Below, piece by piece: positions 1 to 9,558 of a DNA stretch of 64,000 nucleotides. The notes beneath the pieces are model-generated. The model was not told the origin of the DNA. It saw nothing but the letters and a program-made list of their open reading frames with translations, and did no database searches. The position numbers were made by a program, and so were the translations under genes. Each line of letters begins with the position of its first letter. Within the stretch, counting starts at the first letter, position 1. Origin of the DNA: Acidobacteriota bacterium (GTDB lineage: Bacteria; Acidobacteriota; DATKUA01; JAFGBY01); contig JAFGBY010000030.1 in assembly GCA_016932915.1 (NCBI GenBank), forward strand, positions 9,671 through 73,670, given 5' to 3'.

Positions 1-2403
1 ATTCAGTCTGTTAATACGTGATGGGCCTTTTCCTCTTTCGTACTCCGCAACATTCGTTATATCGATCAATTGACCTGTATTACTACGGACCATCAATTTT
101 TCCAGGTCCTGAGGTTTATCTCTGTCATTCTGTCTGAGACGTACCCAGACCTCATACTGATCTCCACCTTCCTGGAAGGTAGTTACCTGTTTACCGCCTA
201 TAAGTGTGTTAACAGTCGAAGCAATACCAAAAACATTTACTCCGAGATCTGCTGCTTTATGCCTGTTGATATGGATATCGATTTCCGGTTTTCCTGGCCT
301 GAGGGATGAATCCATGTCAACAAAACCTTTCATAGTAGAAAGTTTATCCAGTACTGCTTTACCTTTCACTTCCAACTCATCAAGATCATTACCGGTCAGA
401 GAAAACTGCAACATCTTGTTGCTGAAACCTGCTCCGGACATGGTTGAAGCTTCACCTGTCGAAGCTATAACATCAGTTACACCGGAAACAAGCTCTCGAG
501 TTTCTTTCATTATGTCTTTCAGATCTTTATCCCTCTCTTTTGAACGAGGAATACTAATCAGAATCTGAGCTTTATTCGGTTCATTTACTCCACCAGAGGA
601 ATAGCCAACAGTTGTAAATATACCAGTGAGGTCCTCAAGTTTTTCCTGGATAATTTTCTCAATCTCTCTGGTTTTCATATCCGTCTGTTCAACAGTGAAG
701 CCAATTGGAGTTTCAATATTCAACACAAACTCAGTCCGTTCCATTGAAGTCATGAATTCGCTCTTGATAACTCCAGCACCTGCCATTATGAAAACCACAA
801 GAATGAGCGCTATAGAAATAGATACAACTTTCCAACGGTTATTCAGTGCCCATTCAAGAGATCTGCTGTATGCTTTATTAAGGGATTCCATTCCCTTTTC
901 GAACCTGACATCGAATGCTGTAAATTTATGTTTCCTTCTCAAGAATTTTGAACTGAGCATCGGAGTCAGCCAGAATGATACAAAAAGCGATACCATAACC
1001 GCACCGGCAACCGTTAGACCAAATTCATAAAAGAATTGGCCCATTATTCCGCTCATGAACGCAACAGGAACAAATACCGCGATGATCGTCATAGTAGCCG
1101 CTGTAACAGCAAGACCGATTTCAGATGTTCCGTTAATAGCAGCGTCGATACGTTTTTCACCCATCTCCCGGTGTCGGAATATATTTTCAATAACAACGAT
1201 TGAGTCATCAATGAGGATACCAACTGATAACGCCAAACCCATCATTGACATCATATTCATCGTAAATCCGAGAACAGACATAACCATAAAAGCGGAAATC
1301 AGCGATACAGGGATCGATAATGCCGCAATTACAGTAGCTGAGATATTTCGGAAAAAGAGCAGAATTACCAGGATAGCAAAGATACCACCATAAAGAATCG
1401 AGGTATTAATATCGTTAACCGCTTCCTGGGTAAATGTTGAGGTATCCTGTGCAACGACTATTTTAATCTGGTCTTTATACCTTTCCTGGAGCCGCTCAAG
1501 TTCCTTCTTAACATTATTAGCGAGCGCAATTTCATTTGCATCAGACCTTCTAACAACAAGAAGAGATACTGCCTGTTCGTTGTTCAGCCGTGAGAATGTC
1601 TCTGCGTCTTCTTCACCATCTTCTACATACGCTACATCCCCGATTGTAACCGGTTTCCCATCAATTGATGAAATAACAAGATTCTGAAAATCAGAAGCCT
1701 TTTCAACTTCACCCTGTGTTTTAACCATGAGTTCTTCAACATCGGATTTCATGGTTCCGCCCGGGAAATTAATATTTCCGGTCTGAAGGGTCATTACTAC
1801 ATCATCAGCAGTAAGCTCATAACCGCGTAATTTATCACTATCCAGCCATACCCTGATCTGCCGTTCTCTTCCACCAACAATTTGGACATTACCAACACCC
1901 TGGATCTTCTCAATGTTGTTTTTAATTCTTTTATCAACAAATTCGGTCAGATCCTTAATGGACATTTCACTGGAAATTGCTATTTGAAGAATCGGCATAG
2001 CATTGATATCAAATTTTTGTACAAGCGGTTCTTCGACATCCGTAGGAAGATCATTCCTGATAATAGCGATCTTATCCCGGACATCCTGTGTTACTATATC
2101 GATATCTTTATCGAGCGTAAATTCAATGACAACCTGGCTGACACTCTCAAGGTTAATGGATTTGAGAGTTTTGATGCCCTCCAGAACACCTACAGAGTCT
2201 TCTATAACCTCTGTAACCTTCGATTCTATTGTTTCCGGGTCAGCGCCTGGCAGGACTGTTGTAATAGATACAAGTGGGAAGTCCAGTTCCGGGAACATTA
2301 ATACCGGTAGTCGTGTAAATGCTATCCAACCGAATATCAGCAACGCGGCAATTACCATTGTCGCAAAAATCGGCTGTTTGGCTGCTACTCGTGCGAGTAT
2401 CAT
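1..2403 (-). CDS. RND (HAE1/AcrB-family) efflux transporter permease. The C-terminal part runs off the window start. Minus-strand ATG at 2401-2403.
   Basis: My minus-strand translation from 2403 gives MILARVAAKQPIFATMVIAALLIFGWIAF... followed by long AcrB-like periplasmic and TM segments (e.g. ...SVGILIDDSIVVIENIFRH...). The plus-strand ORFs listed at 70-2419 are low-complexity antisense frames. The gene lies in an operon with HlyD, TolC-like and TetR genes. Confidence 0.8.
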   Translation of the reverse strand, partial: MILARVAAKQPIFATMVIAALLIFGWIAFTRLPVLMFPELDFPLVSITTVLPGADPETIESKVTEVIEDSVGVLEGIKTLKSINLESVSQVVIEFTLDKDIDIVTQDVRDKIAIIRNDLPTDVEEPLVQKFDINAMPILQIAISSEMSIKDLTEFVDKRIKNNIEKIQGVGNVQIVGGRERQIRVWLDSDKLRGYELTADDVVMTLQTGNINFPGGTMKSDVEELMVKTQGEVEKASDFQNLVISSIDGKPVTIGDVAYVEDGEEDAETFSRLNNEQAVSLLVVRRSDANEIALANNVKKELERLQERYKDQIKIVVAQDTSTFTQEAVNDINTSILYGGIFAILVILLFFRNISATVIAALSIPVSLISAFMVMSVLGFTMNMMSMMGLALSVGILIDDSIVVIENIFRHREMGEKRIDAAINGTSEIGLAVTAATMTIIAVFVPVAFMSGIMGQFFYEFGLTVAGAVMVSLFVSFWLTPMLSSKFLRRKHKFTAFDVRFEKGMESLNKAYSRSLEWALNNRWKVVSISIALILVVFIMAGAGVIKSEFMTSMERTEFVLNIETPIGFTVEQTDMKTREIEKIIQEKLEDLTGIFTTVGYSSGGVNEPNKAQILISIPRSKERDKDLKDIMKETRELVSGVTDVIASTGEASTMSGAGFSNKMLQFSLTGNDLDELEVKGKAVLDKLSTMKGFVDMDSSLRPGKPEIDIHINRHKAADLGVNVFGIASTVNTLIGGKQVTTFQEGGDQYEVWVRLRQNDRDKPQDLEKLMVRSNTGQLIDITNVAEYERGKGPSRINRLN

Positions 2404-2434
2404 ATCAATACACCTATAATCCTTTTATTTAATC

Positions 2435-3532
2435 TTATTCAATTTCTATTTTCGCACCTGTGAATAAACCATTGAGTCCGTCCACAACAATTTTATCATT
2501 CGATGTAATACCTTCGATCACTTCTTCAACTCCATCAACGACCGATCCTATTTTGATCCTTGTCTTAACCACACTGTCACCATCCACTTTGAAGATATAT
2601 TTCTGTCCCTGTTCAGATACAATCGCTTTTGTAGGAACAACCAGAGCTTTATTCGATCCTCTAAGTGTCAACACTACTTCAGCGAAGGAACCGGCTTTTA
2701 TCCTGCTCTTCGGGTTAGAAATCTTTCCCTCGAGCATAACGGTTCTTGTCTGCTGATCGACAGCCGGGGAGACAATAGAGACAACGCCTTCATACTTCTC
2801 GCCCGGTAAAGATGTAAAAGAGGAAGAAAATTTATATCCAGGCTGAACCATGGAAGCGTATTTCTCAGGCAGATTAAACTGTACCTTAATAGGATCTATT
2901 TTAATAATTTCAAAAATAGGTCCGCTTGTCATGGTATCAACATATTCACCTGGGTCAATCATCCGCGCTTTTACATAACCTGTAAGAGGGGATTTAAGCT
3001 GTGCATCATTGTATGATCTTTCAGCCAGTTCAACCTGTACATTAGCTGCTTCTTTTGCAGCTTTCATGCTCTCATACTGTGCTTTAACAGCATCGAACAT
3101 ACCCTGCGAAATAGCATTCTTTTCGAATAGTTTTTGTTTACGATCGAGCTCAAGTCTGGCATTTTCGTAAGCCGCTGAAGCCTGCGCCAATGCCGCTTTC
3201 GCCTGCTCGAGATAAAGCTTGAATTTCTCCAGTTCTATCTGAATCAGGATATCTCCTTCTTTAACAAAACTACCTTCATCGACCATAACTTTATCGATAA
3301 CACCGGTTACCTGTGTTTTTATGCTGACATCAAGATCCGCATAAGCTGTTCCGGTCGCAGAAATCTCCTGATCTATATTCATAATTTCTGGTGAGCTTAC
3401 GCTGACCTTAAATATTTTCTCCGAACCATTTCCATTGGTTGTAGCTTCTTCATCATTGCCGGATTTGCAACCCGGTAAAATCAACAGCCCCGTCAGTAGC
3501 AACAGGGTAATAATAACTAATCTCCGTGTCAT
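2435..3532 (-). CDS. RND efflux periplasmic adaptor (HlyD/membrane-fusion protein family) lipoprotein. Start re-assigned to the ATG at 3532 (MTRRLVIITLLLLTGLLILPGC).
   Basis: Lipobox-type signal peptide (LLILPGCKSG). Coiled-coil hairpin region (LELEKFKLYLEQAKAALAQASAAYENARLELDRKQKLFEK). Beta-barrel/MP domains. SD agaggtga lies 7 nt upstream of the 3532 ATG, and the 3562 start would overlap the upstream gene. Confidence 0.8.
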   Translation of the reverse strand: MTRRLVIITLLLLTGLLILPGCKSGNDEEATTNGNGSEKIFKVSVSSPEIMNIDQEISATGTAYADLDVSIKTQVTGVIDKVMVDEGSFVKEGDILIQIELEKFKLYLEQAKAALAQASAAYENARLELDRKQKLFEKNAISQGMFDAVKAQYESMKAAKEAANVQVELAERSYNDAQLKSPLTGYVKARMIDPGEYVDTMTSGPIFEIIKIDPIKVQFNLPEKYASMVQPGYKFSSSFTSLPGEKYEGVVSIVSPAVDQQTRTVMLEGKISNPKSRIKAGSFAEVVLTLRGSNKALVVPTKAIVSEQGQKYIFKVDGDSVVKTRIKIGSVVDGVEEVIEGITSNDKIVVDGLNGLFTGAKIEIE

Positions 3533-3545
3533 TTCTTCACCTCTA

Positions 3546-4832
3546 TTATTCAAAAAGTTCACCGATAGCCTTTTTTAAACTAAGGATCGCAAGGTCTTTC
3601 GAATATTTCATATTCGAAAGAGTGATCTTAGCCTGGTCATATGCATTCATAGCCGTGGAAAGTTCCAGGGCTGTAGCATCGCCGACTTCATATAAACTTG
3701 AATTAAGTTCATAATATTCTTTTGCCAGCTGCAATTGAACTTCTGCAAGCTGGAGTGTAGATTTCATCGTCTGGAGGTTCGAATAAGCTTCCTCTACCTC
3801 AACTTTCACATCGTTCATCAATTTCATCAGTTCCAGGTCAGAAATCCTTTCTTTTGCTTTAGATTCACTTATTTTTGCCCAGGTGTTACCACCGTCAAAC
3901 AAAGTGAAACTTACGACAAGCCCAAGAGAAGCATATCCATCGTAAGGAAAAGAAGCCGCCTGTTCGAAGTACTGGGCCTGGACAGTAACTACCGGATAGA
4001 GACCTCCCCAGGCAATATTCGTTTCATATCCAGCCATCTTCTTTTTAAGTTCGGCCATTTTTATTTCTTTACGTTTGATCAATGCAGTCTGAATCATCTG
4101 ATCCAGATCGGCCTCTGGCTCAATCATGGTCTCCGGTTCAGTTAGCTTATATTCTCCTCTAAGCCCAACCATGTTTGCCAGCTGATTCTTGGATATTGAA
4201 AGAGAATTTCTTTTAAGTGTCAGTTTCCTTTCATTATCCTTCAAGGTCAGTTCCGCCAGAAGTACTGAAGGTTTTGTAACCTCACCGACATCAAATCTTA
4301 ACTGAGCTTTCCCAAGTTCTTTCTGTGCAATCTCTATCGATTGTTCAAGAACTTCGACTTCCTTCTGGTACATAGATATCTGATAATAGAGACCAGCAAT
4401 ACCAAGATATATCATTTCTCTGGTATACCCCTCCGCGGATTCAGCTATATCGGAACCAGCATTTGCCATATTGATCCCGTTGATTGATCTGAAGCCTGTG
4501 AATATCGGCTGGGTAATAGTAGCTTGAAATGTATACGAAAGCCTTGGCATTATTTCAAACTTCGTGCCCTCAAAATCAAGCATATATTCTCTATCATAAT
4601 AAGTTCCCAGGTATGCTGCATCTATAGTCGGGAGAATCGAACTCCAAGCCTGTCGAACTCCGGCGTCGGCAACATCAACCTGATTCGTAGCAATCTTTAT
4701 ACTTTCATTAGATAACAGCGCCTTCTGCCAAAGATCATTCAGTGTGTATTCAGGCACATTTTCAGACCAAATGAAAGAAGTACTACACAGTATCAGACTT
4801 ACTATCATTAGAATTGTAGTTTTAACTCTCAT
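3546..4832 (-). CDS. TolC-like outer membrane efflux protein (OMF family)
   Basis: 428 aa with a signal peptide and two repeated coiled-coil/OEP-like halves (LLAELTLKDNERKLTLKRNSL...). Sits between the TetR and MFP/RND genes. Confidence 0.75.
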   Translation of the reverse strand: MRVKTTILMIVSLILCSTSFIWSENVPEYTLNDLWQKALLSNESIKIATNQVDVADAGVRQAWSSILPTIDAAYLGTYYDREYMLDFEGTKFEIMPRLSYTFQATITQPIFTGFRSINGINMANAGSDIAESAEGYTREMIYLGIAGLYYQISMYQKEVEVLEQSIEIAQKELGKAQLRFDVGEVTKPSVLLAELTLKDNERKLTLKRNSLSISKNQLANMVGLRGEYKLTEPETMIEPEADLDQMIQTALIKRKEIKMAELKKKMAGYETNIAWGGLYPVVTVQAQYFEQAASFPYDGYASLGLVVSFTLFDGGNTWAKISESKAKERISDLELMKLMNDVKVEVEEAYSNLQTMKSTLQLAEVQLQLAKEYYELNSSLYEVGDATALELSTAMNAYDQAKITLSNMKYSKDLAILSLKKAIGELFE

Positions 4833-4839
4833 CTTTCTC

Positions 4840-5502
4840 CTATCCTTCCAAATTTTTTATATAATCAATATTGCCAATTCCCTGTAGAATATATTTGGTA
4901 ACTTCCTCAGCATATTCCTCAGGAGTTGTATCTGTTTCATTTAAAATATTGTCCCATAAAAACTCAGTAGCTATACCGGTGATATAGATATGCGCTTTAT
5001 AGGGATCCACTGCTCTGAAATATCCTGCTTCTAGTCCTTTCGTAAAAAAATCAAATATTGGTTTATGTACATCCTCAATCTCTTTACTGCACTCTTTCTC
5101 AAGCAATTGCAGTATATTAAGGTCCGAAGCCCAACGATCAAGTGATAACAATTGAAAAAGCTTTACATCGCTTCTGAATAACTTATATGTTTCAGCCAAC
5201 ATAAGTTTTGTAAAATCGATCATATCCATTTCGAGATTTTTATCCCACAGATCATTATAAACATTTGTGATCTCGACCATCTTTTTCTTAATCAGCTCGA
5301 CTATTATGCTTTCCTTGCTATCAAACAGTTTATAGATAGTGCCAAGAGCATATTCTGCTTCCTCGGCTATATCCTGCATGGTGACACTTAAAAAACCCTT
5401 GGTTCCAAATATCCTCCATGCTGCATCCAGAATGATGTTCCGCTTGAACTCGGTTTCCATCATTTTTTTTGAATTTTTCTGCATTTCTTTCTCTTTTAAC
5501 AT
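4840..5502 (-). CDS. TetR/AcrR-family transcriptional regulator. The exact start is uncertain. The track start at 5508 is a TTG; in-frame ATGs lie at 5502, 5484 and 5463.
   Basis: N-terminal TetR HTH signature (RNIILDAAWRIFGTKGFLSVTMQDIAEEAEYALGTIYKLFDSKESI). First gene of the efflux operon. Confidence 0.75.
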   Translation of the reverse strand: MLKEKEMQKNSKKMMETEFKRNIILDAAWRIFGTKGFLSVTMQDIAEEAEYALGTIYKLFDSKESIIVELIKKKMVEITNVYNDLWDKNLEMDMIDFTKLMLAETYKLFRSDVKLFQLLSLDRWASDLNILQLLEKECSKEIEDVHKPIFDFFTKGLEAGYFRAVDPYKAHIYITGIATEFLWDNILNETDTTPEEYAEEVTKYILQGIGNIDYIKNLEG

Positions 5503-5719
5503 TTTCAAACTGCTAACATTTACTTCTACTTATACGCATTAATATAGCGTAAGTTCCATAATATAGAACCACCATTTCATTTTTTCAAGCTATATTTACA
5601 TTTTTTTAAACAAATAATACATTTTTTGAAAAGAACGTTTAAAAAGGCGATCGCATGTTATAAGGATATTTTCAATCGTAAATTTAAGATAAGAATACTA
5701 ATAACACTATAATAATAAA

Positions 5720-5765
5720 AAAACTGGTTGATAATAAAATAACGCTGTGGATAACTCCACAGCGT
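5720..5765 (-). terminator. Rho-independent terminator downstream of the MBL-fold gene (10-bp stem acgctgtgga/tccacagcgt, loop taac, T-run on the minus strand)
   Basis: Perfect inverted repeat at 5742-5765 followed (minus-strand sense) by a U-rich stretch. Confidence 0.5.
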
Positions 5766-5797
5766 CATATTTAAAAAGCTTATTATATAGACAGATT

Positions 5798-8005
5798 TTA
5801 TTTTTTAGATTCTGTCTTTTCCTGCTCTGCAATTGCTGACTGGACTTTCTTCATCTCAGAATTCAGCCAATTAAATTCGATCCAATTCCTGCATTTCGAA
5901 CGGAGATTATTTATCGCTTCCAATCTCGCCTTAAGTGCAGGTAAATGTTTTGGATTGTGAATCAGGATTATATCCGTCATATGAAGAGCCTTGACCGGCT
6001 CACCTTCCGCAACGAGCGCGCTCGCTTTTGCAGCTACTTTACCCGCGTCACCTATCAAAGCAACCAGATCCGGATAAATATCGCTAGTGGGAACAGGATA
6101 CATATTTGAGATATTGGTATCATACCATCCAAGATATCCCTCAAAAATACCACGAACATCCCAGGATACCCTTCCAAATGCTTCCGGTATACTTATCTCA
6201 TCCGGTAGTTTTATCTCTTTCATCAACGTATGAACATCCTTCCCAAGATTCATTCCTTTAACAGTCTCATCATGGATATATCTTACTGCATCGCGGTACT
6301 TTGTCAGTTTCATCTTGATAAAATCTTTACCGATAAGTGGTTCGCCGTGACCAGGAAGCAGAATTTCAGGTTCGTAAGAAAGTGCTGTTTCAAGCGCTTT
6401 TATGTATTCAAGAGCTGGCCTTGTTTCAGATCCGCGAAGTGTAGACATATTTGGAACAGAAGAATAATAATTATCGCCTATCAGAACTGTTTTAATCTCA
6501 GGAATCCATATAACGCATTGATCCGGGGTCTCGCCACCGACATGAGTCATAACAAAAGATCTATCCCCAGATTTGTACGTGTAATTATCTATAAACAGCT
6601 CAGTCGCTTTTAAAACCGGCACTTTAGTTTCTACTGTCGGTTGAGGTATATCTTGTCCTGTCTGTTTTGCTATCCGGATTTTCTCGATACTATCAAGCAT
6701 GGAGTTATACCTGACGAAATTCTCATATTCTCTCTGTGCGATCACAGGAATATCTTTACCGTTTTTCCAAAGGTCAATCCCTTCTGTGTGGTCATCATGA
6801 CCATGAGTAAGAAGAATAGCTTTTACATCACCTCCGTGGGCCATCTTGTACAACCAGTTGCCTTCTTTCGAAGCTCCACCCGGATCAAGCATAACATTTC
6901 CTGTTGAAGTCCTGGCCAGGTATGAATTACACGAATTTTCTAATCGGTACAGGTTATCAGTAATCTTGAGGCTTTCCATCACCGTCGTTTCCAGCCAGTT
7001 CTTAACCGAAGCATCAATCTTAAACTCTTTGGCCCAATCGGGGTGAGATTGTATATAGCTCTCATCAACCAGTACATCAATCCCGCTGAAATCGGATATT
7101 TTTTTACCTTCAGGTAGTTTTTCGTGATGTAAAAGTGGATAAAAATTCTTCTGGTCAAGCAACTTGATCTTGTTAAATCCGGGTTTTTTTAACAAGATTG
7201 CGCTTATCACAGCTTGATGGAGAAATGTATATTGCATCCTGCTGGTACAGGCTTTACCTACATATTCTTTATCCTTAGCCAGCTTTTCAAAAGTATCTCT
7301 CCACTGACGTAATATTTTCTTTTCCGGTCTTACAGATACTACACGACAATTTATATAAAATCTGACATTCTTTGAATCAACAACCGTTTCAACGAAAGGA
7401 ACTTCATCCCTATTGATCCCCACTTCTTTATAAATTCCTGACCAGAACGGGCTTATTTCTTTTTCTTTTTCTTCACCAATTCCATTAGTAAGGTATACTG
7501 AAGTGGTCACCGCTTCAACATTGTCTGAAAGCGAAAGGAACGACGGCTCCTTTAGGAAAAACATATGGTTATCAAAATAAACAAGATTGCAGCCGGCGCC
7601 ATCAAGCATCTCCTCAGCTTGAGCTGCCGCATAAACCTTGTGAGCAAACGGGATTTTCGCTGCTTCACTATCTATTTTAAGCGGAAAAGTTTTAACGTTA
7701 TATTTCTCCAGCCATTTATAGCTTTCTCCAAAATCCGGGTTATAAAATACAAGGAAAAGACTGTCCTTATATTTACCGCCGAACTCGTTAAGGCTTTTGA
7801 TTAACATCTCTGCCTGCCGGGTATCAGAGGGTAGCCCGATATAAAGAGCAAACACCATATCAGTAACATCCTGTTTCTGAATCTGGTATACCTTCCTATT
7901 TGTATCCTGGTTGCTGTCTCCCAGAACAAAACTCCCGAAGACCAGCAGCGCAATTACTAGAAATATTCCAATTCTTTCTTTGACTATAAACCTGCTATTT
8001 ATCAC
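5798..8005 (-). CDS. MBL-fold metallo-hydrolase of the alkyl/aryl-sulfatase (SdsA1/YjcS) type with an unrecognised ~380-aa N-terminal domain. Start re-assigned to the GTG at 8005.
   Basis: HxHxDH zinc motif (ILLTHGHDDHTEGID). The downstream segment resembles the alkylsulfatase dimerisation domain (EGYLGWYDTNISNMYPVP). A perfect SD (AAGGAGG) sits 5 nt upstream of the GTG at 8005, and the TTG at 8032 has no SD. N-terminal TM anchor. Confidence 0.55.
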   Translation of the reverse strand: MINSRFIVKERIGIFLVIALLVFGSFVLGDSNQDTNRKVYQIQKQDVTDMVFALYIGLPSDTRQAEMLIKSLNEFGGKYKDSLFLVFYNPDFGESYKWLEKYNVKTFPLKIDSEAAKIPFAHKVYAAAQAEEMLDGAGCNLVYFDNHMFFLKEPSFLSLSDNVEAVTTSVYLTNGIGEEKEKEISPFWSGIYKEVGINRDEVPFVETVVDSKNVRFYINCRVVSVRPEKKILRQWRDTFEKLAKDKEYVGKACTSRMQYTFLHQAVISAILLKKPGFNKIKLLDQKNFYPLLHHEKLPEGKKISDFSGIDVLVDESYIQSHPDWAKEFKIDASVKNWLETTVMESLKITDNLYRLENSCNSYLARTSTGNVMLDPGGASKEGNWLYKMAHGGDVKAILLTHGHDDHTEGIDLWKNGKDIPVIAQREYENFVRYNSMLDSIEKIRIAKQTGQDIPQPTVETKVPVLKATELFIDNYTYKSGDRSFVMTHVGGETPDQCVIWIPEIKTVLIGDNYYSSVPNMSTLRGSETRPALEYIKALETALSYEPEILLPGHGEPLIGKDFIKMKLTKYRDAVRYIHDETVKGMNLGKDVHTLMKEIKLPDEISIPEAFGRVSWDVRGIFEGYLGWYDTNISNMYPVPTSDIYPDLVALIGDAGKVAAKASALVAEGEPVKALHMTDIILIHNPKHLPALKARLEAINNLRSKCRNWIEFNWLNSEMKKVQSAIAEQEKTESKK

Positions 8006-8416
8006 CTTGTCCTCCTTCAAAAAAGCAGTCAACCCTTTTAGGGTCCATTGATAATAAACGGCGCTTAGTGAAAGATGTTCTGAATAACAGATGAAATAAT
8101 GAAATATATTGTGTGTTTTATTAAATCATTATATATAAAAATTGAACTATCAAAAAAACATAACCTCAAAGTTCCTCATCACTTTAACCGAAAAAATCAT
8201 GTCTTATATTTAACCACTAATACGGAATACTATTCTAAAATATAAGGTATTAAAGTTATGTATGAGAAATAAATGATAAATATATAAAGCTTCTCAAAAC
8301 TTTCAAAGGCAAATATCGTTAGTATTAAGTTGAAATGTTGTATTTTTGGTAATTCTGATAAGAAGTTGTATAATATCAAGGACAATTGATATTTACTATT
8401 ATTGAAGGGCAGAAAG

Positions 8417-8827
8417 ATGGTAACACAAAAAATTAAAAAAATACTGGTATTCTTATCTTTTGTTTTCCTTGCTCTTATCCTCAATACTTCATGCGCTTCC
8501 AAAGCGACACTGGATACAGACTATGAACTAAACCTTAAATTCGGGAACGAACTGGCAAAAGGATCTCTCTGGAAGGAAGCGATTATAAGATGGGAAAACG
8601 GGCTGAAAATGAAACCCAATGACGCAAGATTCCATAACAACCTCGCAATTGCATATGAGAATGAAGGGAATTATGAAAAAGCGGAATATCATTATAAAAA
8701 AGCTATACAGTTGAACCCAACGAACGAAATAATCCAGATGAACTGGGAAAGCTTCCAGGGTGTTCTTAAGAATATTAAAAGCACCGAGGATGATAAAACG
8801 GAGGGTAATTCTGATGATAAAAAATAA
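8417..8827 (+). CDS. Small TPR-repeat lipoprotein
   Basis: Signal peptide plus lipobox (LALILNTSCASK). TPR units (FHNNLAIAYENEGNYEKAEYHYKKAIQLNP). ATG at 8417, and the track start at 8402 is a TTG. Confidence 0.6.
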   Translation: MVTQKIKKILVFLSFVFLALILNTSCASKATLDTDYELNLKFGNELAKGSLWKEAIIRWENGLKMKPNDARFHNNLAIAYENEGNYEKAEYHYKKAIQLNPTNEIIQMNWESFQGVLKNIKSTEDDKTEGNSDDKK

Positions 8828-9548
8828 AATCATTAGTAAACTAACATCAATAACGGCTCTAATCCTTTTCAGTGCCCTGATACTTACCATGTTTTCATGC
8901 GGTACATCAAAATATGGCAACAGTATGAATGTAATGATCACCCACAGGACCGAAAGTAAACTGGATATAAAAGATATAAGGACCGTTCTTCTAGCAGGAT
9001 TTGTAAAAACGACCGAAAACAGTTTCGATATTTTAAAACCGACATATGATATCCTAAAACAACAACTGGCTTCCAAGGCAAGTTTTCTTATCCTTTTCGA
9101 AAACCCGCTTGATCTGACCAAAACCAAGATCATCGATAAAGCAAAGAAACAGGAATATGAAGCGAAAGACATCTTTCAATCTCCAGAGATATGGATAGAA
9201 ATAGCAGCTAAATATAAAGTCGATATGATCATTACCGGAGAAATCGGCTTTTCTAATGAGATAGGTAAAGACCTGGTTAAGCTGACCAAATTCCAGGATA
9301 ACAAAGAAGTTACACTCAGCCAGGTAGTCGAAAAAAAGTTTTTCAAACTTGATTTTGTTATCTATATGATCAGCGGCAAAACAGGGAAAATTATACATAC
9401 TGAAAAAATCTACAAAGCAGTGGGCAGGGAAACCGACACAGAAGAATCAGAACCAATACTAATAAATCTCATCCGCGGTTCATTGGAAAACTTGCGAGAG
9501 ATGATGGTTGTTAAATCTAATCCAATCCAAAGAACACTCCTGGAGTAA
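8814..9548 (+). CDS. Hypothetical lipoprotein. Its start overlaps the previous gene by 14 nt.
   Basis: MIKNKIISKLTSITALILFSALILTMFSCG signal peptide/lipobox. No recognisable catalytic motif. Confidence 0.45.
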   Translation: MIKNKIISKLTSITALILFSALILTMFSCGTSKYGNSMNVMITHRTESKLDIKDIRTVLLAGFVKTTENSFDILKPTYDILKQQLASKASFLILFENPLDLTKTKIIDKAKKQEYEAKDIFQSPEIWIEIAAKYKVDMIITGEIGFSNEIGKDLVKLTKFQDNKEVTLSQVVEKKFFKLDFVIYMISGKTGKIIHTEKIYKAVGRETDTEESEPILINLIRGSLENLREMMVVKSNPIQRTLLE

Positions 9549-9558
9549 GGAGAACACA

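Noticed and set aside
70-2419. Six listed plus-strand ORFs (79-139 aa) covering the first 2.4 kb
   Set aside because: They are low-complexity antisense frames of the minus-strand AcrB-like RND transporter gene, which translates cleanly from 2403 to the window start. None is a real gene.
5509-5600. Possible TetR operator palindrome upstream of the tetR gene (TTATACGCATTAATATAGCGTAAG)
   Set aside because: It is only an imperfect inverted repeat (TATACGC vs GCGTAAG). It is not convincing without comparison to orthologous promoters.
8230-8502. 90-aa minus-strand ORF in the AT-rich 8033-8416 intergenic region
   Set aside because: It has an Ile/Phe/Leu-rich composition typical of a random frame in AT-rich DNA. 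It overlaps the promoter and start of the 8417 lipoprotein gene. There is no SD and no motif.
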